The position numbers and the translations under genes were made by a program. This document shows positions 20,522 through 29,436 of a stretch of 64,000 bases of DNA, piece by piece. The stretch spans positions 25,483 to 89,482 of the forward strand of contig JBBABB010000002.1 in the NCBI GenBank assembly GCA_041657885.1, written 5' to 3'. A model generated the notes under the pieces. It was not told the origin of the DNA and ran no database searches. It saw only the letters and a program-made list of their open reading frames with translations. Each line of letters opens with the position of its first letter. The stretch's first letter is position 1. Source of the DNA: Minisyncoccota bacterium. Lineage in GTDB: Bacteria > Patescibacteriota > Minisyncoccia > Phycocordibacterales > UBA9973.

Positions 20522-20543
20522 AATAATGTAATTCGGGGCTTGC

Positions 20544-20675
20544 CCCCACACCTATATTCCCATAGCTTTTATTCTGTTAAGCAAAATTCCTAATCATTTC
20601 ATATTTTTGATTGAATTATAGAGTTATAACCTTTTTTTATTGAAAAAGCAGAATAATGGGAATATAGGTGTGGGG
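20544..20675. mobile_element. MITE-like element G, CCCCACACC family (132 bp)
   Basis: Arms CCCCACACCTATATTCCCAT / ATGGGAATATAGGTGTGGGG; flanks GCTTGC / GCTTGT; shares subterminal AAAAAGCAGAAT with element B. Confidence 0.8.
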
Positions 20676-20805
20676 GCTTGTATTAAAATTAGCTTGGTAT
20701 ATAATAACATCATACCTATTTATTAGGGATCGTTTGCAAACGGTCGAATATTATTCAGATAGAATGTATATTTTTTTGTTTTTTTAAAAAAATACACAAA
20801 AAATA

Positions 20806-21078
20806 ATGAATAAACAAGCATTAGTAGAACTCGTTCATGAAAAGCTTGGTGGTACAAAGGTACAAGCTGAAGAAATTGTGAACGCAATGTTTGATGCTAT
20901 CGTTGCTACTTTGAAAAAAGGAGACGAGGTATCAATCGCAGGTATTGGGATCTTCTCTGTCAAGGCACGTGCAGCCCGCATGGCTCGCAACCCAAAGACA
21001 GGAGAACAAGTCAAAGTAGCTGCAACAAAAGTTCCTAAGTTTAGAGCAGCAAAGGCTCTTAAGGAAGCTGTAAAATAA
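20806..21078 (+). CDS. hup: DNA-binding protein HU
   Basis: MNKQALV...GIFSVKARAARMARNPKTGE...PKFRA. Confidence 0.97.
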   Translation: MNKQALVELVHEKLGGTKVQAEEIVNAMFDAIVATLKKGDEVSIAGIGIFSVKARAARMARNPKTGEQVKVAATKVPKFRAAKALKEAVK

Positions 21079-21138
21079 TTCGCCTCTCGTGTGAATTAAA
21101 TAAAAACCACTCTATTCTATCTATGAGTGGTTTTTATT

Positions 21139-21888
21139 TTATTCGAGTAAAAGCAGAGCGAGCATTGATATAATGCCAAGCATTATTATTCCCAATTGAA
21201 TTATTGAATGTTTTAATTCTTTTGTTTTATGAAGTTCTGGAATTAAATCTGCAACTGCTATATATATAAATCCTCCAGCAGCGATAGGGATAAACCACAG
21301 AGCAACATTTTCAACTATATTTCCAAAAATAAAAACAATCGCAAGCCCAAGAACGGAAGCGAGAGCAGAAATAAAGTTTAGCCATAAAGCACGTTTTTTC
21401 GTGTACCCTGAGTGTATTAAAACGGCAAAATCCCCTATTTCTTGTGGTATTTCGTGAAGAACCACTGCCAGTGTTGTTGCAATCCCTACCGGGATACTAA
21501 CCAAAAAACTCGCACCAATAATCGCCCCATCAATAAAATTGTGAAATCCATCTGTAAAAAGAATCAGCTTCCCTACTGGATGAATACCACTTTCATCTTT
21601 ATCTTCTCCGTGATGATGCCAATGAATAAATTTCTCTATCACAAAAAATAAAAGAATTCCAGCAATAACTAAAATGCTTGATAAATTTGCACCTAAATTA
21701 CTTTTAAATGTTTCTGGAATAATATGAATAAATGCATCCCCCAAAAGAGCTCCAATAGCCAAACTAATAAAAAAGTTTATATATTTTTTCAAAACCTCTT
21801 CTCTTAAAGAGAGAGAGAGAACCCCGACAAGTGAGACTAAACTCACTATTATGACACTTACAAATGCATATAAATAGTTTATCGTCAT
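21139..21888 (-). CDS. ZIP family metal transporter
   Basis: HWHHH loop, DGFHNFIDG, HEIPQEIGD. Confidence 0.93.
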   Translation of the reverse strand: MTINYLYAFVSVIIVSLVSLVGVLSLSLREEVLKKYINFFISLAIGALLGDAFIHIIPETFKSNLGANLSSILVIAGILLFFVIEKFIHWHHHGEDKDESGIHPVGKLILFTDGFHNFIDGAIIGASFLVSIPVGIATTLAVVLHEIPQEIGDFAVLIHSGYTKKRALWLNFISALASVLGLAIVFIFGNIVENVALWFIPIAAGGFIYIAVADLIPELHKTKELKHSIIQLGIIMLGIISMLALLLLE

Positions 21889-21962
21889 ATGATAATCATA
21901 ATAGCATAAATAATATAAAAATTGTTTTTAATGTAAAATATGATAAGATAAGAAAATCATAT

Positions 21963-22033
21963 CGGGGTGTAGTATATCGGTAGTATCCATGTTTTGGGAA
22001 CATGAGGGCCGGGTTCGATTCCCGGCACCCCGA
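21963..22033 (+). tRNA. tRNA-Pro(TGG)
   Basis: Acceptor CGGGGTG/CACCCCG, anticodon arm CATGT-TTTGGGA-ACATG, T-loop TTCGATT. Confidence 0.95.
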
Positions 22034-22143
22034 CATTATAAAAAGGATTCTCTCGTGAGAACTTTTTTCTTATTGTCACTCTTCCTTCCTTTTGATACAC
22101 TATATATATTAAAAGGTCACAAAATTAATTTGAAAATAATAAT

Positions 22144-22395
22144 ATGAACTTGAGAGAAATACTTGGTGGTCCCGCGCAAGATAAGGATGACATTTTAAAT
22201 TTTCTAGGGGAAAAAGAATATTCTATTGTAATAAAAAACGGTAAAAAACATTTACTTAAAAAAGGTCAACCAACCATGCGCACAGGTTATGATAGTTTTT
22301 TTATAAGGGATGGGGCTGTCTGGGGAAAAATCGGTATACAAGAGGACCTTATTATAGCTCCTGAAAAAATAGACACTAAAAAGAACCTGAGCTAG
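22144..22395 (+). CDS. Hypothetical protein (83 aa)
   Basis: Clean ORF in an intergenic gap; no recognised family. Confidence 0.6.
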   Translation: MNLREILGGPAQDKDDILNFLGEKEYSIVIKNGKKHLLKKGQPTMRTGYDSFFIRDGAVWGKIGIQEDLIIAPEKIDTKKNLS

Positions 22396-22530
22396 TGGAA
22401 GAAATGCATGCTTAAATAAGAGTGAAATTAAAAACTATTTAAATTTGTAAAATATTAATTTTTCGGATATAATCAAAAACAATAAAGTGATAACAATAGC
22501 GGGCATTGCCCCGCCGTAGCTTTAGCGGAG

Positions 22531-22601
22531 GCGGGGTTAGTTAAATGGTATAACTCTAGTTTTCCAAACTAGTGTCAGGAGTCCGATTCTCCTACCCCGC
22601 A
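22531..22601 (+). tRNA. tRNA-Gly(TCC)
   Basis: Acceptor GCGGGGT/ACCCCGC, anticodon arm CTAGT-TTTCCAA-ACTAG, variant T-loop TCCGATT. Confidence 0.93.
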
Positions 22602-22610
22602 CAAATCAAA

Positions 22611-22793
22611 CTACAGACCTAAAGACCCCCTAACCCGTTCAATCTCTTCCTTCAGTTTTTCTTTATTCTCTTCTACTATTTTTTTCGATTGCATAGGGCC
22701 AAATTCTTTTTCTTGTTTTTCTTTTTGGACCTCTTTTCCTAGGACGTTATTTAATTCTCTTTGTGATCGTTCTAAAGATGCCATAATAAACAT
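22611..22793 (-). CDS. Small charged hypothetical protein
   Basis: ORF immediately downstream of yraN; start may be MASLER. Confidence 0.5.
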   Translation of the reverse strand: MFIMASLERSQRELNNVLGKEVQKEKQEKEFGPMQSKKIVEENKEKLKEEIERVRGSLGL

Positions 22794-22800
22794 TATACCA

Positions 22801-23217
22801 CTACAATATTATATTATCCACAACCTTTACTCTCGCTTTTCTGTTGTCCAAATCTAGATAGACCACCAAAAGGTCAAATTGCCAATCAACATACCCCAAT
22901 CTTTTGCTTATAAGATAGGTCTCTACTACCCTTCTCAACCTTCTCATTTTCATTGGATGCATATTTTCCTCTGACCGTCCTGCACCATTCTCCAAAACTT
23001 CTTTTTGTGGATAAACATAATCTAAATTTGAAACACTTTTTGATTTAACTTCAATAAAATATCTTTTATCATTTTTTTGAGCAATAATATCAATTTCTCC
23101 CCATTTCTTTGTATAATTTCTTTCTAATATAGAAAAGCCATGTTTAATGAGAAACTTGCAGGCTACTCCTTCACCCAACTCACCTATTTTTTGAGAATTT
23201 GAGGTAAAATTTTTCAT
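22801..23217 (-). CDS. yraN: YraN family (UPF0102) endonuclease
   Basis: GELGE..A...L...G..ILERNY...GEIDIIA...FIEVK. Confidence 0.92.
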   Translation of the reverse strand: MKNFTSNSQKIGELGEGVACKFLIKHGFSILERNYTKKWGEIDIIAQKNDKRYFIEVKSKSVSNLDYVYPQKEVLENGAGRSEENMHPMKMRRLRRVVETYLISKRLGYVDWQFDLLVVYLDLDNRKARVKVVDNIIL

Positions 23218-23231
23218 ATTACATTTAAAAT

Positions 23232-23247
23232 CGTTTCACGTGAAACT
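23232..23247. promoter_or_regulatory. parS-like site
   Basis: CGTTTCACGTGAAACT versus the established consensus TGTTNCACGTGAAACA. Confidence 0.7.
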
Positions 23248-23397
23248 ATATTAATATAATGGACACAAAAACAACAAAACCAAAATGGTCTTTATAAAAA
23301 TATCTTTATTTATCAAGGTATTATTGTCAAAACTTCAATTATTTGTCTCTCATAAAAATGACCTCAGTTGTGTCTTTTATAAACAATACACACATAG

Positions 23398-23442
23398 TTA
23401 TCCACAGAAGTCTTAATTTTAAAGTGTTCTGGATGTGGATAA
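23398..23442. promoter_or_regulatory. Pair of perfect DnaA boxes in inverted orientation
   Basis: TTATCCACA at 23398 and TGTGGATAA at 23434. Confidence 0.6.
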
Positions 23443-23501
23443 AGGACTAATAAAGGTCAAACCGTAAATTAATTTTTCAAGTATAAAAAGACTTCTTTTT
23501 G

Positions 23502-23572
23502 TGCGGGATAGGAGAATCGGACTCCTGTCAAATGATTGGCAACCATTTGTTCTACCACTGAACCAATCCCGC
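23502..23572 (-). tRNA. tRNA-Gly(GCC)
   Basis: Reverse complement GCGGGATTGGTTCAGTGGTAGAACAAATGGTTGCCAATCATTTGACAGGAGTCCGATTCTCCTATCCCGCA folds as a cloverleaf. Confidence 0.93.
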
Positions 23573-23724
23573 AAACTTAAAATAACTCATAAATTATAAT
23601 CATTTTTTGTAAAAAATGCAATTGTAATTTTATGCTTATTTTTAAAGCTTATTTACTAAAATATTAAATTAGTATATAATTAGATTTGTCAGTTGAGAAA
23701 ATTATTAAATAAATAATTACATAT

Positions 23725-23796
23725 GCACCCGTAGTGAAATGGATATCATGTCTGCCTTCGAAGCAGTTGTTCCAAGTTCGAGTCTTGGCGGGTGCA
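23725..23796 (+). tRNA. tRNA-Arg(TCG)
   Basis: Acceptor GCACCCG/CGGGTGC, anticodon loop CTTCGAA, T-loop TTCGAGT. Confidence 0.93.
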
Positions 23797-23847
23797 CCTT
23801 ATATAGTTAGATAGGGCTAGATAGGGCTTAAAGCCCTATCTGAAAAT

Positions 23848-25407
23848 ATGCAAACAAACAATTTTAAAATCCCCAAATATGTTACACATGTAACATCCAC
23901 TCTCGAAAAAGCCGGTTTCGAGGCTTTTCTAGTTGGTGGGTGTGTTCGTGATCTAATTATGAGTAGAGAACCGAAGGATTGGGATATTACAACTAATGCC
24001 AAACCAGAAGAGATAATCCCTCTATTTGAAAAGACTATATATGAAAATAAATTTGGAACTGTCGGAGTAGTTCTCCCCCTTACCCCTCCGGCTTCCAGCC
24101 ACCTCCCCTTAGCAGGGGAGGAAAAAACCATAGTAGAAGTTACGCCATACCGAACTGAGGCAAAATATAGTGATTTTAGGCATCCAGATGAAGTTAAATT
24201 CAGCGACAACATAGAAGACGACTTAAAAAGACGTGATTTTACAATAAATGCAATGGCTTACGCGCCCGCCATAGCTTCAGCAAAGGAAGGTAATTTTTCT
24301 AAAGGACATCTCATTGACCTTTATAAAGGACAAGAGGATATAAAGGACAAAGTAATTAGGACAGTGGGAGCCCCAAAAGACAGGTTCAATGAAGATGCTC
24401 TTCGCATGCTTAGAGCAGTTAGATTGTCAACTCAACTCAATTTTGCAGTTTCATATGAAACCATGCAGGCCATTTCTGACGGCGCAGAACTGATTAAAAA
24501 CATATCTTTTGAAAGAATCCGCGATGAATTTACTAAGATTATAATGTCTAACGACCCTGTGGTGGGAATTGGCCTTCTTTCTAAATTAGGACTCCTAAAA
24601 CACATTATTCCTGAATTAGAAGAGGGAGTTGGCTGTGAGCAAAAGGGTGAGCATATATATGACGTTTGGGAGCACTTACTTCACGCCCTTGATCATGCTG
24701 CCCAAAAGGGGTGGTCTCTGGAAGTTAGACTCTCGGCCTTGTTTCATGACATTGGCAAACCCAGGTCTAGAAGAAAGGGGGAGAAAAAGGCCTATACTTT
24801 CTATGGGCATGAAGTAATTGGCTCACGAATGACCCAAAAGATTATGGAGCGCCTAAAATACCCAAAGGAGACAACGGAAATGGTCATTCGTTTCACGAGA
24901 AACCATATGTTCTTCTCTGATACTGAGAAAATAACCCTTTCGGCCGTCCGTCGTATCGTTCAACATGTTGGACCCTCCGACGCTAAAGCTATGGCGGGCA
25001 AAGAAGAAAATCATCCTATCTGGGACCTTATGAAAGTTCGTGAATGTGATAGGGTAGGGATGAAAAAGAAAGAAGCCCCTTATCGCCTAAGGAAATACCA
25101 CGCTATGATTGAAGAAGTTCTTCATGACCCGATATCTGTCGGCCAACTTGCAATTGATGGGAAAATAATGATAGAGGAGTTACACATGAAACCCGGACCA
25201 AGAATGGGGTGGATTTTGAATGCACTTCTTGAGGAAGTTCTGGATGACCCAACTAAAAATACGGCTGAACATCTATCCGAACTTGTAAAATCTCTAGATA
25301 TGCTCGGCGACGCGGAACTTAAAACGCTAGGGGAGAGAGGAAAAGAGAAAAAAGATGAACTTGAGAAAGAAGAAGTAGAAAAGCTCCACAAAAAGCACGG
25401 AGTATAA
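23848..25407 (+). CDS. cca: CCA-adding tRNA nucleotidyltransferase with HD domain (three palindromic inserts)
   Basis: VGGCVRD...DWD, DLKRRDFTINAMA, EDALRMLRAVR, FHDIGKP. Confidence 0.93.
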   Translation: MQTNNFKIPKYVTHVTSTLEKAGFEAFLVGGCVRDLIMSREPKDWDITTNAKPEEIIPLFEKTIYENKFGTVGVVLPLTPPASSHLPLAGEEKTIVEVTPYRTEAKYSDFRHPDEVKFSDNIEDDLKRRDFTINAMAYAPAIASAKEGNFSKGHLIDLYKGQEDIKDKVIRTVGAPKDRFNEDALRMLRAVRLSTQLNFAVSYETMQAISDGAELIKNISFERIRDEFTKIIMSNDPVVGIGLLSKLGLLKHIIPELEEGVGCEQKGEHIYDVWEHLLHALDHAAQKGWSLEVRLSALFHDIGKPRSRRKGEKKAYTFYGHEVIGSRMTQKIMERLKYPKETTEMVIRFTRNHMFFSDTEKITLSAVRRIVQHVGPSDAKAMAGKEENHPIWDLMKVRECDRVGMKKKEAPYRLRKYHAMIEEVLHDPISVGQLAIDGKIMIEELHMKPGPRMGWILNALLEEVLDDPTKNTAEHLSELVKSLDMLGDAELKTLGERGKEKKDELEKEEVEKLHKKHGV

Positions 25408-25447
25408 AAAACGACTAGGTCTTGCCTAGTCGTTTTAATTAGTTTCT

Positions 25448-26266
25448 TTAACATTTAATTTTATTGATGGCCCAAATAATTGTGTTCCACAATAAAATCT
25501 CCCCTTGTATTTCCAACCTTCCCACATCACTTACAATTTCATTTTTTTTCTCTAAAAAAGAAAACCTTTTTTGAACTAGCTCCAAATATTTTTGTAATTG
25601 CTCATTATTACAGTTTTTAAAAATATTTGATACATCTTTTATATGGGAAACCTGATAAGTTGGAGGAGCGTCATATAAAAAAAGATCAATAAAGGATTCA
25701 TTTTTAGTAAGTTTTAATTTAAAAGAGTCATCCACTGTGATTTTTAAATCCGAATAATCAGGGACGATAATCTTTAACTTCTCAATGAACAAATCCTCCC
25801 ATAACCCATAAAAATATGACCTGTAATAATATAATTCTTGAGGTGTTTCTCTCTCAAAACAACGACAAGCATCTTTACAAAATTGTATGCCAGTATTCTG
25901 TACTTTTTGTTTTATGAATTTTTTCAATAGATAATCAGTTTCTAGTTCAAAACGATACTTTGCAGTATAAAAAAATTTTTTATACTTTAAATATAACAAA
26001 TCATGACTAAAAAAAGAAAAATCTATCACAAGCCAGATGTCTATGTTTTTCTCTAGAGGTGGTTCAAAGAACTTCATCCAAGAAAGATAGAGTACATAGT
26101 AACAATATTCCTTTTGGTTTTCTGAAAGAGATTCATCTTCTCTAAGTTTTAAAAGAACCTCTCTATGAGTATAGGGGGTATTTGACTCCAACCCTAGTTT
26201 GCTCATATAACAATTTGCTTCATTAAGATTTCTTAAGAAGTTTTTACTCCTAGGTATTTTTTTCAT
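25448..26266 (-). CDS. Hypothetical protein (272 aa)
   Basis: Long AT-rich ORF, no recognised motif. Confidence 0.65.
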   Translation of the reverse strand: MKKIPRSKNFLRNLNEANCYMSKLGLESNTPYTHREVLLKLREDESLSENQKEYCYYVLYLSWMKFFEPPLEKNIDIWLVIDFSFFSHDLLYLKYKKFFYTAKYRFELETDYLLKKFIKQKVQNTGIQFCKDACRCFERETPQELYYYRSYFYGLWEDLFIEKLKIIVPDYSDLKITVDDSFKLKLTKNESFIDLFLYDAPPTYQVSHIKDVSNIFKNCNNEQLQKYLELVQKRFSFLEKKNEIVSDVGRLEIQGEILLWNTIIWAINKIKC

Positions 26267-26431
26267 TTTGCTTTATATTAAATTGTGAATAATTTTATTT
26301 GAACATAGTATAGCAAATTGTAAATATATTGTCAAGCGGTATCGTCTATTTTATCCTAATTTTAAAGGGTATTTGGGGATTACATTATTTTTTGTCGGTC
26401 TATATTGACAACAAAAACATAAGGGTATATA

Positions 26432-27226
26432 ATGGTAAAAATGAAAAAAGTATTACAATCACAAACAGAAAAAGTGCTACTTGATGTAGGTTTTTCTGAA
26501 AAAGAAATAGCAGTTTATGTAGCTCTTTTATCTCTCGGAAAAGGTATTGTCACAAAAATATCACGAACTGCTTCTATTAGTAGGACTACCACTTATGATA
26601 TTCTTGACAATTTATCTCAAAAAGGATTAGTTAGAATATCGGGGAAAGAACCTAAGCAAGAATACATAGCGGAACCACCAGAGAAATTAGAAAAATTTAT
26701 TATTGAAGAAATTGAGAAGAAAAATAATAACTTAAGTAAAATAAAAGATATAATTCCAGAATTAAGGTCTGTGTACACAGAAGGAGAAAGACCAAAAATA
26801 AAATTTTATGAGGGGCTTGATGGGTTAGCTGAAGTATACGACGACACTTTAACCGCCAAAGAGACAATAGTGGCTTATGCATGTTATGAGGACATGGAAC
26901 CATTATTACCAAAATATTTTGAAAGTTATTATAAGCGCCGAGTCAAAAACAAGATTTTTGCTCGTGGTATTGTTCCAGAAACTCCTATGGCAATAGAGCA
27001 TAAAAAAAGAGATTTAGAAGAAATGAGAGAATTATCACTTGTCCCAAAAGATAAATATAATTTTACTCCAGATATTGAAATATATGATAATAAAGTTATG
27101 ATTGCTTCTTGGAAAGAAAAACTTGGAATAATAATAGAATCACAAGAAATATCTGACGCAATGAAAAAGATTTTCGAACTGGCGTGGATTGGAGCAAAAC
27201 AATTTAAAAAAGAAAAGAACTTTTAA
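26432..27226 (+). CDS. TrmB family transcriptional regulator
   Basis: GFSEKEIAVYVALL...SRTTTYDILDNL HTH; KIKFYEG; IEIYDNKV. Confidence 0.9.
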   Translation: MVKMKKVLQSQTEKVLLDVGFSEKEIAVYVALLSLGKGIVTKISRTASISRTTTYDILDNLSQKGLVRISGKEPKQEYIAEPPEKLEKFIIEEIEKKNNNLSKIKDIIPELRSVYTEGERPKIKFYEGLDGLAEVYDDTLTAKETIVAYACYEDMEPLLPKYFESYYKRRVKNKIFARGIVPETPMAIEHKKRDLEEMRELSLVPKDKYNFTPDIEIYDNKVMIASWKEKLGIIIESQEISDAMKKIFELAWIGAKQFKKEKNF

Positions 27227-27398
27227 AAAACCAACTAGTTCCAAATTAGAACTAGTTCAAAAGATGGTTAAATAGACCTAAAAAGCAATTATTGCAAAAA
27301 ATGCAACAGTTCAAATTGAATTGAAGAAAAAAGCAATATGCAAAAAATGCACATTGCTAATTCAGACAAACCCGGTCACACAACTGCTTAGATAAAGA

Positions 27399-28214
27399 TT
27401 AAAACTCTATCATTATCGGACAGTGGTCGGAGCCATAATAATCGGACATTGTTTTGAAACTTTTTATTTTGGAAACAAAAGATTGATTTGTGAAAAAATA
27501 ATCTAACCGCCAGCCGACGTTTCTGTCGCGAGCACGAGTTTTAATATCCCAGTAAGTGTAGACATCTTTTTTATTTGGATAAAAATTGCGAAATATATCT
27601 ACCCAACCATTATTCACGACTTCATCAAGCCAAGCGCGCTCTATTGGCAAGAAGCCTGTATTATCAGCATTCTCTTTTGGTCGAGCTAAATCAATTTCTT
27701 TGTGGGCAGTATTTATATCGCCACAAAAAATTACACTGCGTCCCGCTGTAGCTTTATGCGAAAGCGGATTATTTCCATTTTTTAATTTATTTATAAATTC
27801 TAAAAATGCATCATAAAATTCAAGTTTGTAATTGAGTCGTTCTTCTCCTCCTCCGCTGTTAGGAAAGTAGCAGTTTATTAAAACAAAATCAGGGTAGTAA
27901 GCAACAAGTGTTCGTCCCTCATCATCAAATTTTGGAATTCCAAAACCATATTCAACTTTTTCTGGTTCGGTTTTTGAATATATTACTACACCACTGTATC
28001 CTTTTCTCCCTTTTGAATATGAAAAGTATGAATGATATCCTTTTAAATTCCTAGATTTCTCATCGAGTTGTTCTGGTTCGCATTTGGTTTCTTGAAGACA
28101 AACAATATCTGGCCCGCCTGCGCAGGCAGGATTATTAAAAGCAAACAAGGGAATAAAATTCTCTTGTTTTATTGTCGCCCGTAAGCCGTTCGTGTTCCAA
28201 CTGATAATCTTCAT
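27399..28214 (-). CDS. xth: Exodeoxyribonuclease III (two palindromic inserts)
   Basis: SWNTNGLRA, LQETK, GYSGV, GDINTAH, GWRLDY, SDHCP. Confidence 0.96.
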   Translation of the reverse strand: MKIISWNTNGLRATIKQENFIPLFAFNNPACAGGPDIVCLQETKCEPEQLDEKSRNLKGYHSYFSYSKGRKGYSGVVIYSKTEPEKVEYGFGIPKFDDEGRTLVAYYPDFVLINCYFPNSGGGEERLNYKLEFYDAFLEFINKLKNGNNPLSHKATAGRSVIFCGDINTAHKEIDLARPKENADNTGFLPIERAWLDEVVNNGWVDIFRNFYPNKKDVYTYWDIKTRARDRNVGWRLDYFFTNQSFVSKIKSFKTMSDYYGSDHCPIMIEF

Positions 28215-28318
28215 ACAATTATTATATCATTAATCCTTATATTGAGTATTTGATCTTAAAAGAGTATAATTTTAAGAGGAAGTCAAGATTATTATAAATT
28301 AATATAAAAACTTTGAAT

Positions 28319-29386
28319 ATGAATGAAAATATATTTAAAAAAGAAGATGTCGTAGAAAATCTTTCTGCTTCTCAAAAAGCAATAGAGATGGCTAAAAAAA
28401 TGAATGACCCTCGTATTTGGTCGACGGTTCTTAATAGACCTGATGTTTCTCCTAACGAGGCAATCCATCTTGTTTGTGATATAACTAGTAGCATCGACAT
28501 CAACAATATGATCGACATGATATATGTTATTTTAAATAGGGATGATGTTACACCTAAAGATGCTCTCAGACTTGCAGGAGAAGCTAATTATTATAAAGCT
28601 TGGAATCTTGCACTCGAAAGAGAAGATGTTTTAGAATTATTAAACAGGGGCCCAGTTGATGAAGTAATAGAAATCGCAAAAGAAGTCAACGACTGGAGAG
28701 TTTGGCGAACTGTACTTAGTAGGATTGATATATCTCCTGAAAAAGTTATTGAGCTAGCAGGTGTGGCAAAGGATGATGGAGATTTATGGCAGACGATACT
28801 TAATAGAGATGATGTTAACAAATTTATAAAAGAAAAAACTCCACAAGAAGTAGCTATATTAGCTAAAGAAGCAAAAAGCATCGATCTCTGGTTAAATATA
28901 ATTAATAGAAATAATCTTACCCCTCAAGAAGCTATTGCTTTTGCAAAAGAAGCGAAAGATGAAATAATCTGGAGGCATGTGCTTGACAGAGATGATATCC
29001 CTCCTCAGGAAGCTATCAATCTAGCTGAAAGTGTTAATAACCAACACACATGGAGAGGATTACTGAACAGAGATGATGTTAAAGAGTTAATCAATAAAAA
29101 GACCCCAGAAGAAGTTATTGAGATGGCAGAAAAAATCAATTATTCTGAGTTTAGCGAAATTATCTTTAAGAGAGAAGACATAAAAGAGTTAATCAATAAA
29201 AAGACCCTCGAAGAAACGATTACACTGGCGGAAAAAATTAAAAATACTGATTTATGGAAAATTGTTCTTAATAGAGCCGATATCACACCTGAAAGAAGTT
29301 TGGAATTAGCTAAAAAAATAGACCGACGTGATGTTTGGAAAGTTGTACTTGACAGAGATGATGTTCAAAAATTATTAAATGGATGA
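28319..29386 (+). CDS. Alpha-helical tandem-repeat protein
   Basis: About 10 repeats of P.E.I.LA......W..(V/I)L.R.D. Confidence 0.8.
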   Translation: MNENIFKKEDVVENLSASQKAIEMAKKMNDPRIWSTVLNRPDVSPNEAIHLVCDITSSIDINNMIDMIYVILNRDDVTPKDALRLAGEANYYKAWNLALEREDVLELLNRGPVDEVIEIAKEVNDWRVWRTVLSRIDISPEKVIELAGVAKDDGDLWQTILNRDDVNKFIKEKTPQEVAILAKEAKSIDLWLNIINRNNLTPQEAIAFAKEAKDEIIWRHVLDRDDIPPQEAINLAESVNNQHTWRGLLNRDDVKELINKKTPEEVIEMAEKINYSEFSEIIFKREDIKELINKKTLEETITLAEKIKNTDLWKIVLNRADITPERSLELAKKIDRRDVWKVVLDRDDVQKLLNG

Positions 29387-29389
29387 TTC

Positions 29390-29436
29390 AAAACAAAAAA
29401 CTATGAGAATTATTAATTCTCATAGTTTTTTGTTTT
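29390..29436. terminator. Bidirectional terminator between convergent genes
   Basis: 22-bp perfect stem AAAACAAAAAACTATGAGAATT / AATTCTCATAGTTTTTTGTTTT. Confidence 0.75.
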
